A stretch of 64,000 nucleotides of DNA from an uncultured Dehalococcoidia bacterium (GTDB lineage: Bacteria; Chloroflexota; Dehalococcoidia; Lucifugimonadales; UBA2985): contig CAZOCC010000029.1 in the NCBI GenBank assembly GCA_964578255.1, positions 29,864-93,863 on the forward strand. Direction: 5' to 3'. The notes below the pieces were generated by a model. The model was not told the DNA's origin, made no database searches, and worked only from the letters and a program-made list of their open reading frames with translations. Shown piece after piece: positions 40,805-50,739 of the stretch. Position 1 is the first letter of the stretch, and every line of letters starts with the position of its first letter. Made by a program: the position numbers and the translations under genes.

Positions 40805-43492
40805 ATGACCTTATCACAGGAGAAGCAAATCATCAAACCTCAGGCACTGGCAGGCATAAGAGTCTTGGATTTTACATGGGTTCGAGCTGGACCTTGGGGC
40901 TGTAGATGGCTTGGAACACTTGGAGCAGAGGTCATAAAAATCGAATGGCCTCAAACACCAGATATGATACGCAATCCAGGACTAGTCAGTTTACCTGGTG
41001 TTGAACCTAGTTTGAATTCCAATTTCATGTTCAATGATAGCAATGCCAATAAACTGGGCATCTCTGTCAATGTTCGTTCTGAAAAAGGTTTGGAGCTTGT
41101 TAAGCAATTAATATCTGTGTCAGATATAGTTGTTGAAAATTATAGCTCTAGGGTCCTGTACAACTGGGGATTATCCTATGAGGAGATGAGCAAGATTAAC
41201 TCCAGGATAATATATGTTTCACAGGCTGGATTTGGACATACTGGCCGTCAACACCATTACACTACTATGGGTCCAGTGGCTCAAGCTCTGTCAGGGATGA
41301 CCCACTTATCTGGTCTCCCGGAGGACCAGCCTGCTGGATGGGGTTGGTCTTATCTGGATGATACGGGAGGATTGTATGTTGCAATGGCTGCTCTGACTGG
41401 GTTAAACCATCGCAACATGACAGGAGAGGGTCAACATGTAGACCTGTCACAGATGATGGTTGGTATACCGCTGAATGGTCCTGCGTTGTTGGATGTAACT
41501 ATCAATGGAAGAACTTTGCGTCGGCCAGGATTCCCGCCCGGCAATCGGGCTCATTGGCCCGGAACTCCAGTTCTGAACAACTATAGAGGCCCCACGGTTG
41601 CTCCTCATAATGCGTACCGCACCAAAGGCGGTGGTTACTATGACTGGTGCACGATCGCTTGTCTCACAGATGAAGAATGGCAAAAACTTATTGAAGTCAT
41701 GGGTTCGCCGTCTTGGGCTGCTGATCAAAGATTCAGCACAGTCAGTGGGCGATTAGAGTATCAGGAAGACCTGGATAAGGGAGTGGAGTCTTGGACAACA
41801 ACTATTGAAAGATATGAGCTCATGGAACTTTGCCAAGCTGCCGGTGTTAGGGCTATGCCTGTCCAGAGCAACAAGGATAGAGTGATTAATGATCCTCAAT
41901 TAAAGCATAGGAACATGTACACGGAAATGGAGCATCCTATATTGGGTAAACACAACTTTCAGAATGCTCCTTTCAAGCTTTCCAAAGCGCCCGTATTTAA
42001 CCATATGCCAGCACCTATGATTGGGCAACACAATAGGGAGGTATTCGAAGGTCTACTTGGTCTATCCCATGAGGAACTGGTGGCCGGCTATGAAGATGGT
42101 ACTTTCTGGCCTTCTGGGATGGATCGTTACTCCTATGTTGATGAAATTATCAGCGCAGGCCCTCTAAAGGATGGTGAGGGTTATCAATTAATGTCTCGCA
42201 ATGACAACATAAATGCACAAAACGACTTTGAAGATGCCGAAAGGGGTCCATTAACTGGCTTAAGGATTCTGGAAGTTTCCGACGAAAAGGGTCAATGGGC
42301 TGGAAAACTGATGGCCGACCTTGGGGCAGATTTAATAAAGATTGAACCACCGGGAGGAGAAACTACACGTTCAGTTGGACCTTTCCTGAATGACATACCC
42401 CATCCGGAACGCAGCCTTTCATTCTGGCATTACAACACATCCAAGCGTTCAGTCACCCTGAATCTTCAGTCCATATCAGGTCAAACAATTCTTAAGAAAC
42501 TGGTTTCACAAGCAGATGTGATATTGGAAACATGTCGACCTGGGTATATGCAGTCATTAGGATTAGGATACGAGGATCTCTCCAAGGATAATCCGCGTCT
42601 AATTATGTGCTCACTCACACCTTTTGGTCAGACCGGGCCATGGAAGGATTATATTACAAGTGATTTAGTGCACCTTAGTGCTGGAGGGCAGATGGGTTGT
42701 TGCGGATATAATGAAGAGGATATAGACAACCCGCCTCCAATTGCAGGTGGTGGTGGACAGGCCTGGCATATGGGTAGTCACTATGCTTATATAGGTATAA
42801 TGTCTGCACTCAACTATCGTGCGGTTACAGGCAGTGGTCAATATATAGATGCCTCTATACACGATGCATGTGCTTTAACTACAGAGATGCATGTTATGAC
42901 TTACATCTACACTGGTGAAGAAGTGCGACGCAATACTGGCAGGCATGCCTCCTCAAGGACAGGATTTAGTCAACCTAAGAGCCAACTGCTATGCAAGGAT
43001 GGCAAATACATGAACGCATCTGTAGCCCCTGCCAGGTTGAATCCAAAACAGTTGAGGGCTTTGGCAGAGTGGATGGACGGCTACGGAATGGCTGGGGATC
43101 TTCTAGATGACAAATACCAAGATACACAGGTCATACGGGAAAATGGCGAATACATTCATAAGTTATTTGTCGAGTTTGTTGCCAATCGTACTCAGGATGA
43201 AGTGTATCACGGTGGACAAGAGCGAGGTTTCGCATGGGGGGCTATTAGAACACCGGATGATCTCGTGAATGATGGGCATCTTAGTGATAGAGGTTTTTGG
43301 ACACAAGTCGAACATCCTGAGTTAAAAAGCACATTCACATATCCTGGGCATGCAGGAATTTATAATGGCTCTCCGTGGCGTATTTATAGGCGAGCTCCAT
43401 TGATAGGCGAGCACAATGAAGAAGTGTTGTGTAAAGAATTAGGATTGTCGAAGCAGGAATTGTCGCTCTTAGGCGAAAATGGTGTAATTTAA
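40805..43492 (+). CDS. tandem (two-domain) family III CoA-transferase (CaiB/BaiF-type)
   Basis: 895 aa. IRVLDFTWVRAGPWGCRWLGTLGAEVIKIEWP at the N-terminus and LRILEVSDEKGQWAGKLMADLGADLIKIEPP starting near 42245. SD GGGAGGA. Confidence 0.85.
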   Translation: MTLSQEKQIIKPQALAGIRVLDFTWVRAGPWGCRWLGTLGAEVIKIEWPQTPDMIRNPGLVSLPGVEPSLNSNFMFNDSNANKLGISVNVRSEKGLELVKQLISVSDIVVENYSSRVLYNWGLSYEEMSKINSRIIYVSQAGFGHTGRQHHYTTMGPVAQALSGMTHLSGLPEDQPAGWGWSYLDDTGGLYVAMAALTGLNHRNMTGEGQHVDLSQMMVGIPLNGPALLDVTINGRTLRRPGFPPGNRAHWPGTPVLNNYRGPTVAPHNAYRTKGGGYYDWCTIACLTDEEWQKLIEVMGSPSWAADQRFSTVSGRLEYQEDLDKGVESWTTTIERYELMELCQAAGVRAMPVQSNKDRVINDPQLKHRNMYTEMEHPILGKHNFQNAPFKLSKAPVFNHMPAPMIGQHNREVFEGLLGLSHEELVAGYEDGTFWPSGMDRYSYVDEIISAGPLKDGEGYQLMSRNDNINAQNDFEDAERGPLTGLRILEVSDEKGQWAGKLMADLGADLIKIEPPGGETTRSVGPFLNDIPHPERSLSFWHYNTSKRSVTLNLQSISGQTILKKLVSQADVILETCRPGYMQSLGLGYEDLSKDNPRLIMCSLTPFGQTGPWKDYITSDLVHLSAGGQMGCCGYNEEDIDNPPPIAGGGGQAWHMGSHYAYIGIMSALNYRAVTGSGQYIDASIHDACALTTEMHVMTYIYTGEEVRRNTGRHASSRTGFSQPKSQLLCKDGKYMNASVAPARLNPKQLRALAEWMDGYGMAGDLLDDKYQDTQVIRENGEYIHKLFVEFVANRTQDEVYHGGQERGFAWGAIRTPDDLVNDGHLSDRGFWTQVEHPELKSTFTYPGHAGIYNGSPWRIYRRAPLIGEHNEEVLCKELGLSKQELSLLGENGVI

Positions 43493-43614
43493 TCCGAATT
43501 TTTAAGGATCGATAGATAGCATGAAACTGGTGATGGTTTGATTCAGTGTGGCATGAAATAAACATGTTATGATAGAATTACTGCGGATCCGATACCATTA
43601 CTTAGAGGTGTTTT

Positions 43615-43794
43615 ATGGCACAGGATGTTCAGATAAATTGTGAAGACTTCTATCGTAATCTAAACGGGACTTGGACCTCGAAGGTTCACACTACTATAAA
43701 TGGTGAAGCTGTAGATCCAGGAATGGCATTTAGGCCAGGTGCAGTTCATTTTGGCGTGGATGTTCAAGCTTGGCTAGAAGAACACTGTAGATAA
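43615..43794 (+). CDS. hypothetical small protein (59 aa, below the ORF-track cut-off)
   Basis: ATG preceded by AGAGGTG. Translation MAQDVQINCEDFYRNLNGTWTSKVHTTINGEAVDPGMAFRPGAVHFGVDVQAWLEEHCR. No family recognised. Confidence 0.35.
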   Translation: MAQDVQINCEDFYRNLNGTWTSKVHTTINGEAVDPGMAFRPGAVHFGVDVQAWLEEHCR

Positions 43795-43868
43795 TCAGGC
43801 GCATAACTGCTTCACGTTTACAGATTTGGATTAGTGGATAAGCGACTAATGTAGTTGTATGACAGGGT

Positions 43869-45074
43869 CTATTCGCTGTGCCTTTTGAATGCACTTAGGA
43901 CTGTGGGTATTGCTGTGATTAAAGCGGCCGCTAGTATGTAGAATGATGGAACGTACGTATGGAAAGTATCGAATGTCAATCCCAGTGATACAGGGCCAAC
44001 CACACCAGCCGCTACTGTTGCACCATCTACAGCTCCCCAAATCGACCCAAGATTACCTGTACCGAACAATCTTCCTGCGATTATTGGCCTGATGGTCACC
44101 ATCATGCCGTGACTGAAGCCCAGGATAAAAGAAAATGCCATTGCATGCCAAAATAGGGATACGTTGGCTAATATTAATAGTGCTGTGACTTGCCCTATGA
44201 TTATTGCAGTGAACACGTACCGCCAATCTGTCCAATCTGTCAGGAATCCAGCTGCCAATCTGCCAATAGCACTAACTGCGAATGATATGGCTACGGTAGA
44301 GGCTGCCTGGGTTGGGCTAAATCCTATATCCTCAAAATAGGCTATTTGGTGTGCCTGCAAGCCTCCCATGCAAACTGTTTGTGTGCCTAGGATTAAAACA
44401 AGTGCCCAGAAATGTCTCCCTTTTACGGCCTGTTTGAGTGTAATATCTGGTTCCTGTCGCACATCTCTTTCTGGTATATCCGTGGCTTGGTCCTTTTCTT
44501 TTGTTGGTGTTTCAGGTTGATCCCCGTCCGGTTCATACCCGTAGTCTTGAGGTCTAGAACGGGCTATAAAAGAGAGAGGGATACCTATGACCCACAGACC
44601 GATTCCAAGCACCAATGTGGAAGAACGCCATCCTATGGCCTCGACAAGTTTGGCCACCAGGATAACACCCGGACCTCCAATGGCTCCTCCCATAAATGTT
44701 AGACTGGTGGCTTTACCTCGTTGGCGATTAAACCATCTGGCAACCATCACTGCCCAAGATACTCCGTGGCTTGCCCCGCTTAAACCACCGGACATTAGCA
44801 AGAAAGCAAGATAAAACCACCATATGTTGGGGGCAAGACCAGTGAGGATGAGTCCGAAACCGGCTATTATTACGCCACCAAGGATTACCTTTCTGGGACC
44901 TGATCGATCTACTAGTAAACCTACCAATGGTGAAAGAAAACCAGACTCTATCTGCCTTAGTGAAAAAGCACCAGACAGTAAAGTCCTGGAAACACCGAAA
45001 TCTCGCAGTATATGAAGAAAGAATACCGTAAAACCCTGCCATATTGCGAAAGCCAGGTAGGAGTTTAACAGCAC
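43869..45074 (-). CDS. MFS transporter (oxalate/formate-antiporter-like); true start probably upstream (see finding)
   Basis: 401 aa with the DRSGPRK loop and about 11-12 TM segments. Paralogue of 36933..38240. The conserved RIFYGWYIV segment lies upstream of the GTG at 45074. Confidence 0.85.
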   Translation of the reverse strand: MLLNSYLAFAIWQGFTVFFLHILRDFGVSRTLLSGAFSLRQIESGFLSPLVGLLVDRSGPRKVILGGVIIAGFGLILTGLAPNIWWFYLAFLLMSGGLSGASHGVSWAVMVARWFNRQRGKATSLTFMGGAIGGPGVILVAKLVEAIGWRSSTLVLGIGLWVIGIPLSFIARSRPQDYGYEPDGDQPETPTKEKDQATDIPERDVRQEPDITLKQAVKGRHFWALVLILGTQTVCMGGLQAHQIAYFEDIGFSPTQAASTVAISFAVSAIGRLAAGFLTDWTDWRYVFTAIIIGQVTALLILANVSLFWHAMAFSFILGFSHGMMVTIRPIIAGRLFGTGNLGSIWGAVDGATVAAGVVGPVSLGLTFDTFHTYVPSFYILAAALITAIPTVLSAFKRHSE

Positions 45075-45120
45075 ACTTGCTGTAACTATGTACCAGCCAT
45101 AGAATATTCGAGGTTTGGGT

Positions 45121-46401
45121 TTAGTGGGAGACAGAATCGGCCTCTTCTTCTGGCGGGAACAGTTTTTTCACGAGTTTTCCGAAAGTTAGGCCTTGAACTA
45201 GGACAGAGAATGTAACCACAATATAGGCTGCTGCAACTAACAGATCGCGTTCTGGAGATTGAGGTAAAGAAAGTGCCAAAGCGATGGATATGCCTCCGCG
45301 CAGTCCACCCCAACCCAGTGCTAAAACCATGTTGCGACGGAAGGGTATCAACCCTATGGCATGGAAGGTAGCTCCAGGAATAGCTATGCTAATGACACGT
45401 CCCATCAGTACAATAGGTATTGCCAATATACCGGCTAATGCATAATCCCAATCTAGTTGTACGGCTACAACTTCTAGTCCGACCAGTGCAAACAGCACGG
45501 CGTTAAGGATGTCGTCTAGCAGCTCCCAGAAGTTGTCTAGGTAACGCCTGGTAGTGTCCGACATTGCTGTGGAACGCGCCTTGTTGCCCACTATTATGCC
45601 TGCTACCACCACCACGATTGGTCCTGACATATGAAGTGCGGTAGCCAAAGCATAACCACCGGATACCATGGCGAGACTTAGTAAAACCTCCACAGAGTAT
45701 TCGTCTATGGGGCGCATAAGTAGATATGTAATCCATCCAAGTGCTAGGCCAAGTATAGCCCCTCCGCCGATTTCTAGTAACAGAAATTTCCCAACCTGGG
45801 ATATACCGGCTTCCTTGCCTGAGAATGCGATACTGGCTAGGGTCAAGAAAACAACGACACCTACACCATCATTGAATAAAGATTCACCAGCCATAGTGGT
45901 TTGTAAATTTCTGGGTGCCTTAGCTCTTTTGAGGATGCCTAACACGGCGACTGGGTCCGTTGGTGCTATTAGAGCCCCGAAAAGTAGTCCATGGATTAGG
46001 CCTACCTCAAATCCCAAGAAGGTTGCTATTGTCCAGAACAAAGTGCCTGCTATGGCGCCACTCATTACTACACTGAATGTTGCCAGCGATGCTATCTGCA
46101 GTTGCAATCCACGCAAGGCATCTAGATCTATAGTTAATGCGCCGGCGAATAGTAAGTATGCCAGCAGGCCATGAAGCAGAACTTCGTCAAAGTGTAGGGA
46201 GTCGACAAATTGTTTGGCAGATTCTTGATCTATGATGTTGCTGGCACCAAGTATTACAACCACCAGTGACAAAGCCAAGGATATGGCCATAAGAGCTATA
46301 GTTGGGGGAAAGTGTAGATACCTGTGGTTTAAGTAACTTGCTGATGCAGCAAAAGTTAAAACCAAGGCAATGCCACTGAAAACACCCTGAGTTTCTGTCA
46401 T
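45121..46401 (-). CDS. cation:proton antiporter (CPA1/NhaP-type Na+/H+ exchanger)
   Basis: 426 aa, polytopic. IAPTDPVAVLGIL and FNDG motifs typical of CPA1. Confidence 0.85.
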   Translation of the reverse strand: MTETQGVFSGIALVLTFAASASYLNHRYLHFPPTIALMAISLALSLVVVILGASNIIDQESAKQFVDSLHFDEVLLHGLLAYLLFAGALTIDLDALRGLQLQIASLATFSVVMSGAIAGTLFWTIATFLGFEVGLIHGLLFGALIAPTDPVAVLGILKRAKAPRNLQTTMAGESLFNDGVGVVVFLTLASIAFSGKEAGISQVGKFLLLEIGGGAILGLALGWITYLLMRPIDEYSVEVLLSLAMVSGGYALATALHMSGPIVVVVAGIIVGNKARSTAMSDTTRRYLDNFWELLDDILNAVLFALVGLEVVAVQLDWDYALAGILAIPIVLMGRVISIAIPGATFHAIGLIPFRRNMVLALGWGGLRGGISIALALSLPQSPERDLLVAAAYIVVTFSVLVQGLTFGKLVKKLFPPEEEADSVSH

Positions 46402-46471
46402 TATAGTTTCTTAGATAAAGTCATGTGATCGAGATTCCAAGCTTGTTTCTATTATAACCCTTCTATGGGAG

Positions 46472-46491
46472 CTTGTTACACTACTAACAAG
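46472..46491. promoter_or_regulatory. 20-bp palindrome CTTGTTA-N6-TAACAAG in a divergent promoter region
   Basis: Perfect 7-bp inverted repeat with a 6-nt spacer, between the antiporter gene (minus) and the ABC transporter operon (plus). Possible operator. Confidence 0.25.
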
Positions 46492-46602
46492 TGTTAATGT
46501 TATAGTAAATGCAAAATCCGCGCGCTGTTTTGTCCACATAATGAGGTTTTGTGAACGATTAATATATTGCACTACGGGTTAACTCTGAGGTTTGTATAGG
46601 TT

Positions 46603-47520
46603 ATGGAAAATACTGTCTATGCTAAAGGATTGACTAAGCGATTTGGATCTTTAATCGCGGTTAATGATATAGACTTGGACGTTGTTCAAGGTGAGTGTTT
46701 TGGTTTTCTGGGAGCCAATGGAGCAGGTAAGACTAGTACTATGCGAATGATATCCTGTGTGTCTCCTGTAACCGACGGGGAATTATGGGTCAACGGTAAA
46801 GATGTGAAGACGTCGGCCAGGCATATTAAGGAAGAATTGGGAGTAGTTAACCAAGAAGATAATCTGGACTCAAATCTTTCGGTCCTACACAACTTAGAAG
46901 TTCATGCCCGTTACTTTAACATGGACTCTAAGTTGGCTAGATATAGAGCAACAGAGGCATTGGCCATGTTTGATCTTCAGGGGCGTGCCGATAGCAGAGT
47001 TGATGAGTTGTCAGGTGGTATGCGCCGTCGTCTCCTAATTGCCCGTGCCCTTATGCAAAAACCTAAGTTGCTCATTTTGGACGAACCGACTACAGGCCTT
47101 GACCCTCAAGCCAGGCAAATAGTTTGGCAGAGGATTCAGTTGTTGAAATCCCAACAGATAACCATAATTTTGTCGACTCACTATATGGAAGAGGCCAAAT
47201 ACCTTTGTGACAGACTGGCGGTTATGGAATCTGGACGTATTGTAGCTGAGAACAACCCAGAGAGACTTATTCAGGACAACGTTGGTAATGCAGTCACGGA
47301 GATTCAAACAGGAATGGATCCGGTCATAAAGAATCAGGTTATTAAAGTGCTTCAGGGTTCTGGATTGCAGATAGATGATCGGGGTGAAATCTTGGTAATC
47401 TATGGATCGAATGATGATATTTCATATGAGGCACTGGGATCACTCAATATATCTGAACGACCAGCCAACCTAGAAGATGTATTTCTTCGTTTGACTGGTA
47501 AAAGACTTGAGGAGCAATAG
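46603..47520 (+). CDS. ABC transporter ATP-binding protein (DrrA/NodI-like)
   Basis: Walker A GANGAGKTS, signature LSGGMRRRL, Walker B LLILDEPT. Confidence 0.9.
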   Translation: MENTVYAKGLTKRFGSLIAVNDIDLDVVQGECFGFLGANGAGKTSTMRMISCVSPVTDGELWVNGKDVKTSARHIKEELGVVNQEDNLDSNLSVLHNLEVHARYFNMDSKLARYRATEALAMFDLQGRADSRVDELSGGMRRRLLIARALMQKPKLLILDEPTTGLDPQARQIVWQRIQLLKSQQITIILSTHYMEEAKYLCDRLAVMESGRIVAENNPERLIQDNVGNAVTEIQTGMDPVIKNQVIKVLQGSGLQIDDRGEILVIYGSNDDISYEALGSLNISERPANLEDVFLRLTGKRLEEQ

Positions 47521-48359
47521 TGTCATTTAACCAAGGAGATTTCACGAAAGACAGGCTGTCTACGGTACAGAACTGGCCAGGAATGTTAGGGAGTATTGCC
47601 ACGACTTTGCTTTATTCCTATAGGGTTTGGCAAAGGAATAGAGATGCCTTTTTATATCAATGGACCTTTGAGGTTGGTGGGTTCATAGTAGAGCCATTTG
47701 TCATGTTGGCTGCTATGGGGTTTGGCCTTGGAGGATACGTGGGTGACATACAGGGGATATCATATGCCTCATTCGTCGCTCCTGGCATACTGGTGGCCTA
47801 TGCGATGTTTCATTCTTCTTTCGAGGCAACTTATGGGGCCTACATGCGCATGGAAACCTATAGGGTGTTTGACGGAATAATAGTTACTCCAGTCAATATA
47901 GAGGAACTGGTTATCGGAGAGGCTGCCTGGGCTGCCACAAGATCATTACTAGCTGGTGTGTCGGTGCTAACGGTGGCCCTAATATTTGGCCTTTTGCACT
48001 CACCCCTAGCATTGTTAACGATTCCAGTGGCTTTTTTGACCGGTATGGTGTTTGCCTCGTTGGCCCTCATGTTGGTGGCGGTGGCTCCTAGTATAGGCAC
48101 ATTGAACAATTTCTTTACTATATTGATTACACCAATGTTCTTCTTCAGTGGCATCTTTTTCCCATTGGATAGGTTCCCTGATCTACTGAGGCAAATTGCA
48201 TGGCTCCTTCCTCTTACACATTCGGCGCATGTCAGCCGTGGACTAACGCTCGGACACCTAGACTGGAGTATATTATTCAGCGGCTTGATATTGATTCTCT
48301 ATGTCGCAATACTGCTGCCGATTGCTGTGAAGCTGATGCGCCGACGCCTATTTAAGTGA
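47520..48359 (+). CDS. ABC-2 type transporter permease
   Basis: 279 aa with six TM segments. Translationally coupled to the ATPase gene (the two ORFs overlap by 1 nt at 47520). Confidence 0.8.
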   Translation: MSFNQGDFTKDRLSTVQNWPGMLGSIATTLLYSYRVWQRNRDAFLYQWTFEVGGFIVEPFVMLAAMGFGLGGYVGDIQGISYASFVAPGILVAYAMFHSSFEATYGAYMRMETYRVFDGIIVTPVNIEELVIGEAAWAATRSLLAGVSVLTVALIFGLLHSPLALLTIPVAFLTGMVFASLALMLVAVAPSIGTLNNFFTILITPMFFFSGIFFPLDRFPDLLRQIAWLLPLTHSAHVSRGLTLGHLDWSILFSGLILILYVAILLPIAVKLMRRRLFK

Positions 48360-48404
48360 CTTGGGTCCGGCCAACTATAGAAATGTGGTTGCGCTCTGCT
48401 AATG

Positions 48405-50696
48405 TTAGGAGTTCAAGCTCGAGATAGATTCTAATATTACAGCCGGAGTCATTGGGAGCGAGGTCATGCGTTTGCCTATAGCATGTGACACGGCGTTGGC
48501 TATGGCTCCTAATGGGGGCACTATCACTGTCTCTCCGACTGCCCTTAACCCAAACGGGTGACGAGGGTTAGGAACCTCAATAATCATTGTATCTATCATT
48601 GGCATATCCAATGTAGTAGGCATTCGATAGTCCAGCAAACTGGAGTTTGCCATAGTGCCGTCATCTGTAATGAAATATTCTTCGTTCAGGGCCCATCCTA
48701 TGCCCTGCAGGGCTGCTCCTTGCATTTGCCCTTCAACGTAACTCGGATATACTGCTTTGCCGGCATCCAAAAATGTAGTGTAGCGGAGAATGTCGACCTT
48801 GCCAGTATCAGGATCTACTTCTACATCCACTATATGACCGGCCAATTGCGCTCCAACTCCTCCCTGGTTGTCGGATGCAGAACACGTGAGAGGTCCGCCG
48901 GTGGTCATAAGCTTTCCAGCCAATTCCTGAAAACTAAATCTATCTTCCGGTTGTTTGGTGCTTATGAAGGTGCCGTTTGCGAATTCCACGTCTTCGGGCT
49001 GTATTTCCCATATTGATGCTGCGCGGAGAGTCATATGTCGGATAACTTCATCAGCTGCGAGAATGGCAGCACGTCCGGTGTCGAAAGTTATGCGGCTGCC
49101 GTTGGTGCCTCCTGTATAACCCACAGAATCTGTATCTACGACTGTAGGGTTAACATCTCTGATGTCGATACCTAATACTTCTGCGGCTTGCATGGCAACC
49201 GAAGTCCGGGTCCCTCCAATATCCACAGATCCTGTAATGAGGTTAATGGTGCCGTTGGAGTTGACGCTAATAGTCGCTGAAGAGCCACTTCCTCCACCGT
49301 TCAGTCTGTATCCGACTGCTACTCCCCGGCCTTTGTTAGGACCTGAGATAGGAGCATTGTAATGAGGGTGTGATTTCATTGCTTCTTCTACTTCTTGGCA
49401 CCCAAAATGGGCGTGAGTTACACCACTTGGTGCACGATCTCCTTCGTGTACTGCGTTCAGTAGTCGAAAATCCAATGGGTCCATGCCAAGCTTGTCGGCT
49501 ACTTCGTCGATAACAGACTCAACAGAGAAAGCTGCTTGCGGTTGTCCTGGTGCGCGATAAGCGGCAGTCTTTGGTTTATTTACAACCACGTCATATCCAT
49601 CTACAAGCATATTGTCCATCTTGTACGGACCGAATCCGCTCATCGCTCCTCCACCAACCGGTGATCCGGGAAACGCACCAGCCTCATAGGCCAGATAGAG
49701 CTCGCCGGCTGTGATCTTCCCGGTTTCGTCGGCTCCAATTTTACAGCGCATATATGTACCTGAGGTAGGACCTGTCCCTTCAAATACTTCCTTGCGAGTC
49801 ATTGTAATTTTCACCGGATACCCAGATTTCTTGGAAAGAACTGCTACTACTGGATCTAGGTATGGAGTCTGCTTACCTCCGAATCCTCCTCCGATCTCCA
49901 TAGGTATTACCTTCACTAATGATTCTGGTATACCCAATATTGCGGCTGTGGAGGTGCGTATAGGGAATGTGCCCTGGGTTGAAGTCCAGATAGTCACATG
50001 CCCATCCGCTGCCCAGAGTCCGGTAGATGTTTGAGGCTCTATGTATCCCTGATGTACCATCTTAGTGTGGAATTCTCTTTCAACTATAACCTTAGCGTCC
50101 TTAAAACCCTGTTCCAGGTTTCCGCGTTTCCACTGTAGATGGTCTGCAATATTACTTAAAACACCAGTATCCTCCCCGGTGCCGAATCTCTCTACTCTGA
50201 AGGTGGTTTTAACGTTTTCCAGTATAAGCTGAGCATCTTCCTTCATGGCCTCTTGTACATCTAAGACAGGGGTATGAAGTTCGTATTCTACATCTATCAG
50301 ATCCAGAGCTTCTTCTGCGATGTGGGGATTCGTGGCTGCCACTGCTGCAATGGCGTGGCCTTTGTATAGAACCTTCTTACTTGCTAAGACGTTTTCCGCC
50401 ACCATGCGAACGCTGCCACGAGTTTCTGAGAAATCCAGAACTTTGTCATCCACAATAGCGAAATCTTTGGCCGTAGCCACAGCCTTTACCCCTGGCAGTG
50501 CTTCAGCCTTAGTCGTATCTATTGATATTATTGATGCATGGGAGTGCGGACTGCGGAGTATTTTGCCATGCAATAGCCCGGTCATCTGGACGTCAGCCCC
50601 ATATTTAGCACGACCTGTAACTTTGTCCACCCCGTCGTGACGAACTGGGCTGGTTCCTATCACCCTGAGCTGTTCTGGGTTGATTCTTAAAGTCAT
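48405..50696 (-). CDS. xanthine dehydrogenase/aldehyde oxidase-family molybdopterin-binding large subunit
   Basis: 763 aa. N-terminal VIGTSPVRHDGVDKVTGRAKYGADV, IGGGFGGK, and AAYRAPGQPQ, typical of Mo-hydroxylase large subunits. Confidence 0.9.
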   Translation of the reverse strand: MTLRINPEQLRVIGTSPVRHDGVDKVTGRAKYGADVQMTGLLHGKILRSPHSHASIISIDTTKAEALPGVKAVATAKDFAIVDDKVLDFSETRGSVRMVAENVLASKKVLYKGHAIAAVAATNPHIAEEALDLIDVEYELHTPVLDVQEAMKEDAQLILENVKTTFRVERFGTGEDTGVLSNIADHLQWKRGNLEQGFKDAKVIVEREFHTKMVHQGYIEPQTSTGLWAADGHVTIWTSTQGTFPIRTSTAAILGIPESLVKVIPMEIGGGFGGKQTPYLDPVVAVLSKKSGYPVKITMTRKEVFEGTGPTSGTYMRCKIGADETGKITAGELYLAYEAGAFPGSPVGGGAMSGFGPYKMDNMLVDGYDVVVNKPKTAAYRAPGQPQAAFSVESVIDEVADKLGMDPLDFRLLNAVHEGDRAPSGVTHAHFGCQEVEEAMKSHPHYNAPISGPNKGRGVAVGYRLNGGGSGSSATISVNSNGTINLITGSVDIGGTRTSVAMQAAEVLGIDIRDVNPTVVDTDSVGYTGGTNGSRITFDTGRAAILAADEVIRHMTLRAASIWEIQPEDVEFANGTFISTKQPEDRFSFQELAGKLMTTGGPLTCSASDNQGGVGAQLAGHIVDVEVDPDTGKVDILRYTTFLDAGKAVYPSYVEGQMQGAALQGIGWALNEEYFITDDGTMANSSLLDYRMPTTLDMPMIDTMIIEVPNPRHPFGLRAVGETVIVPPLGAIANAVSHAIGKRMTSLPMTPAVILESISSLNS

Positions 50697-50739
50697 ATCG
50701 TGGCTCCTTTATCAATACAGTATATGGCTATTCCATATG

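Noticed and set aside
45086-45313. ORFs 45086..45313 and 44728..45042 on the minus strand, overlapping the antiporter and MFS genes.
   Set aside because: They are out-of-frame overlaps of confidently called membrane-protein genes, with Arg/Ser/Cys-rich composition. They are spurious.
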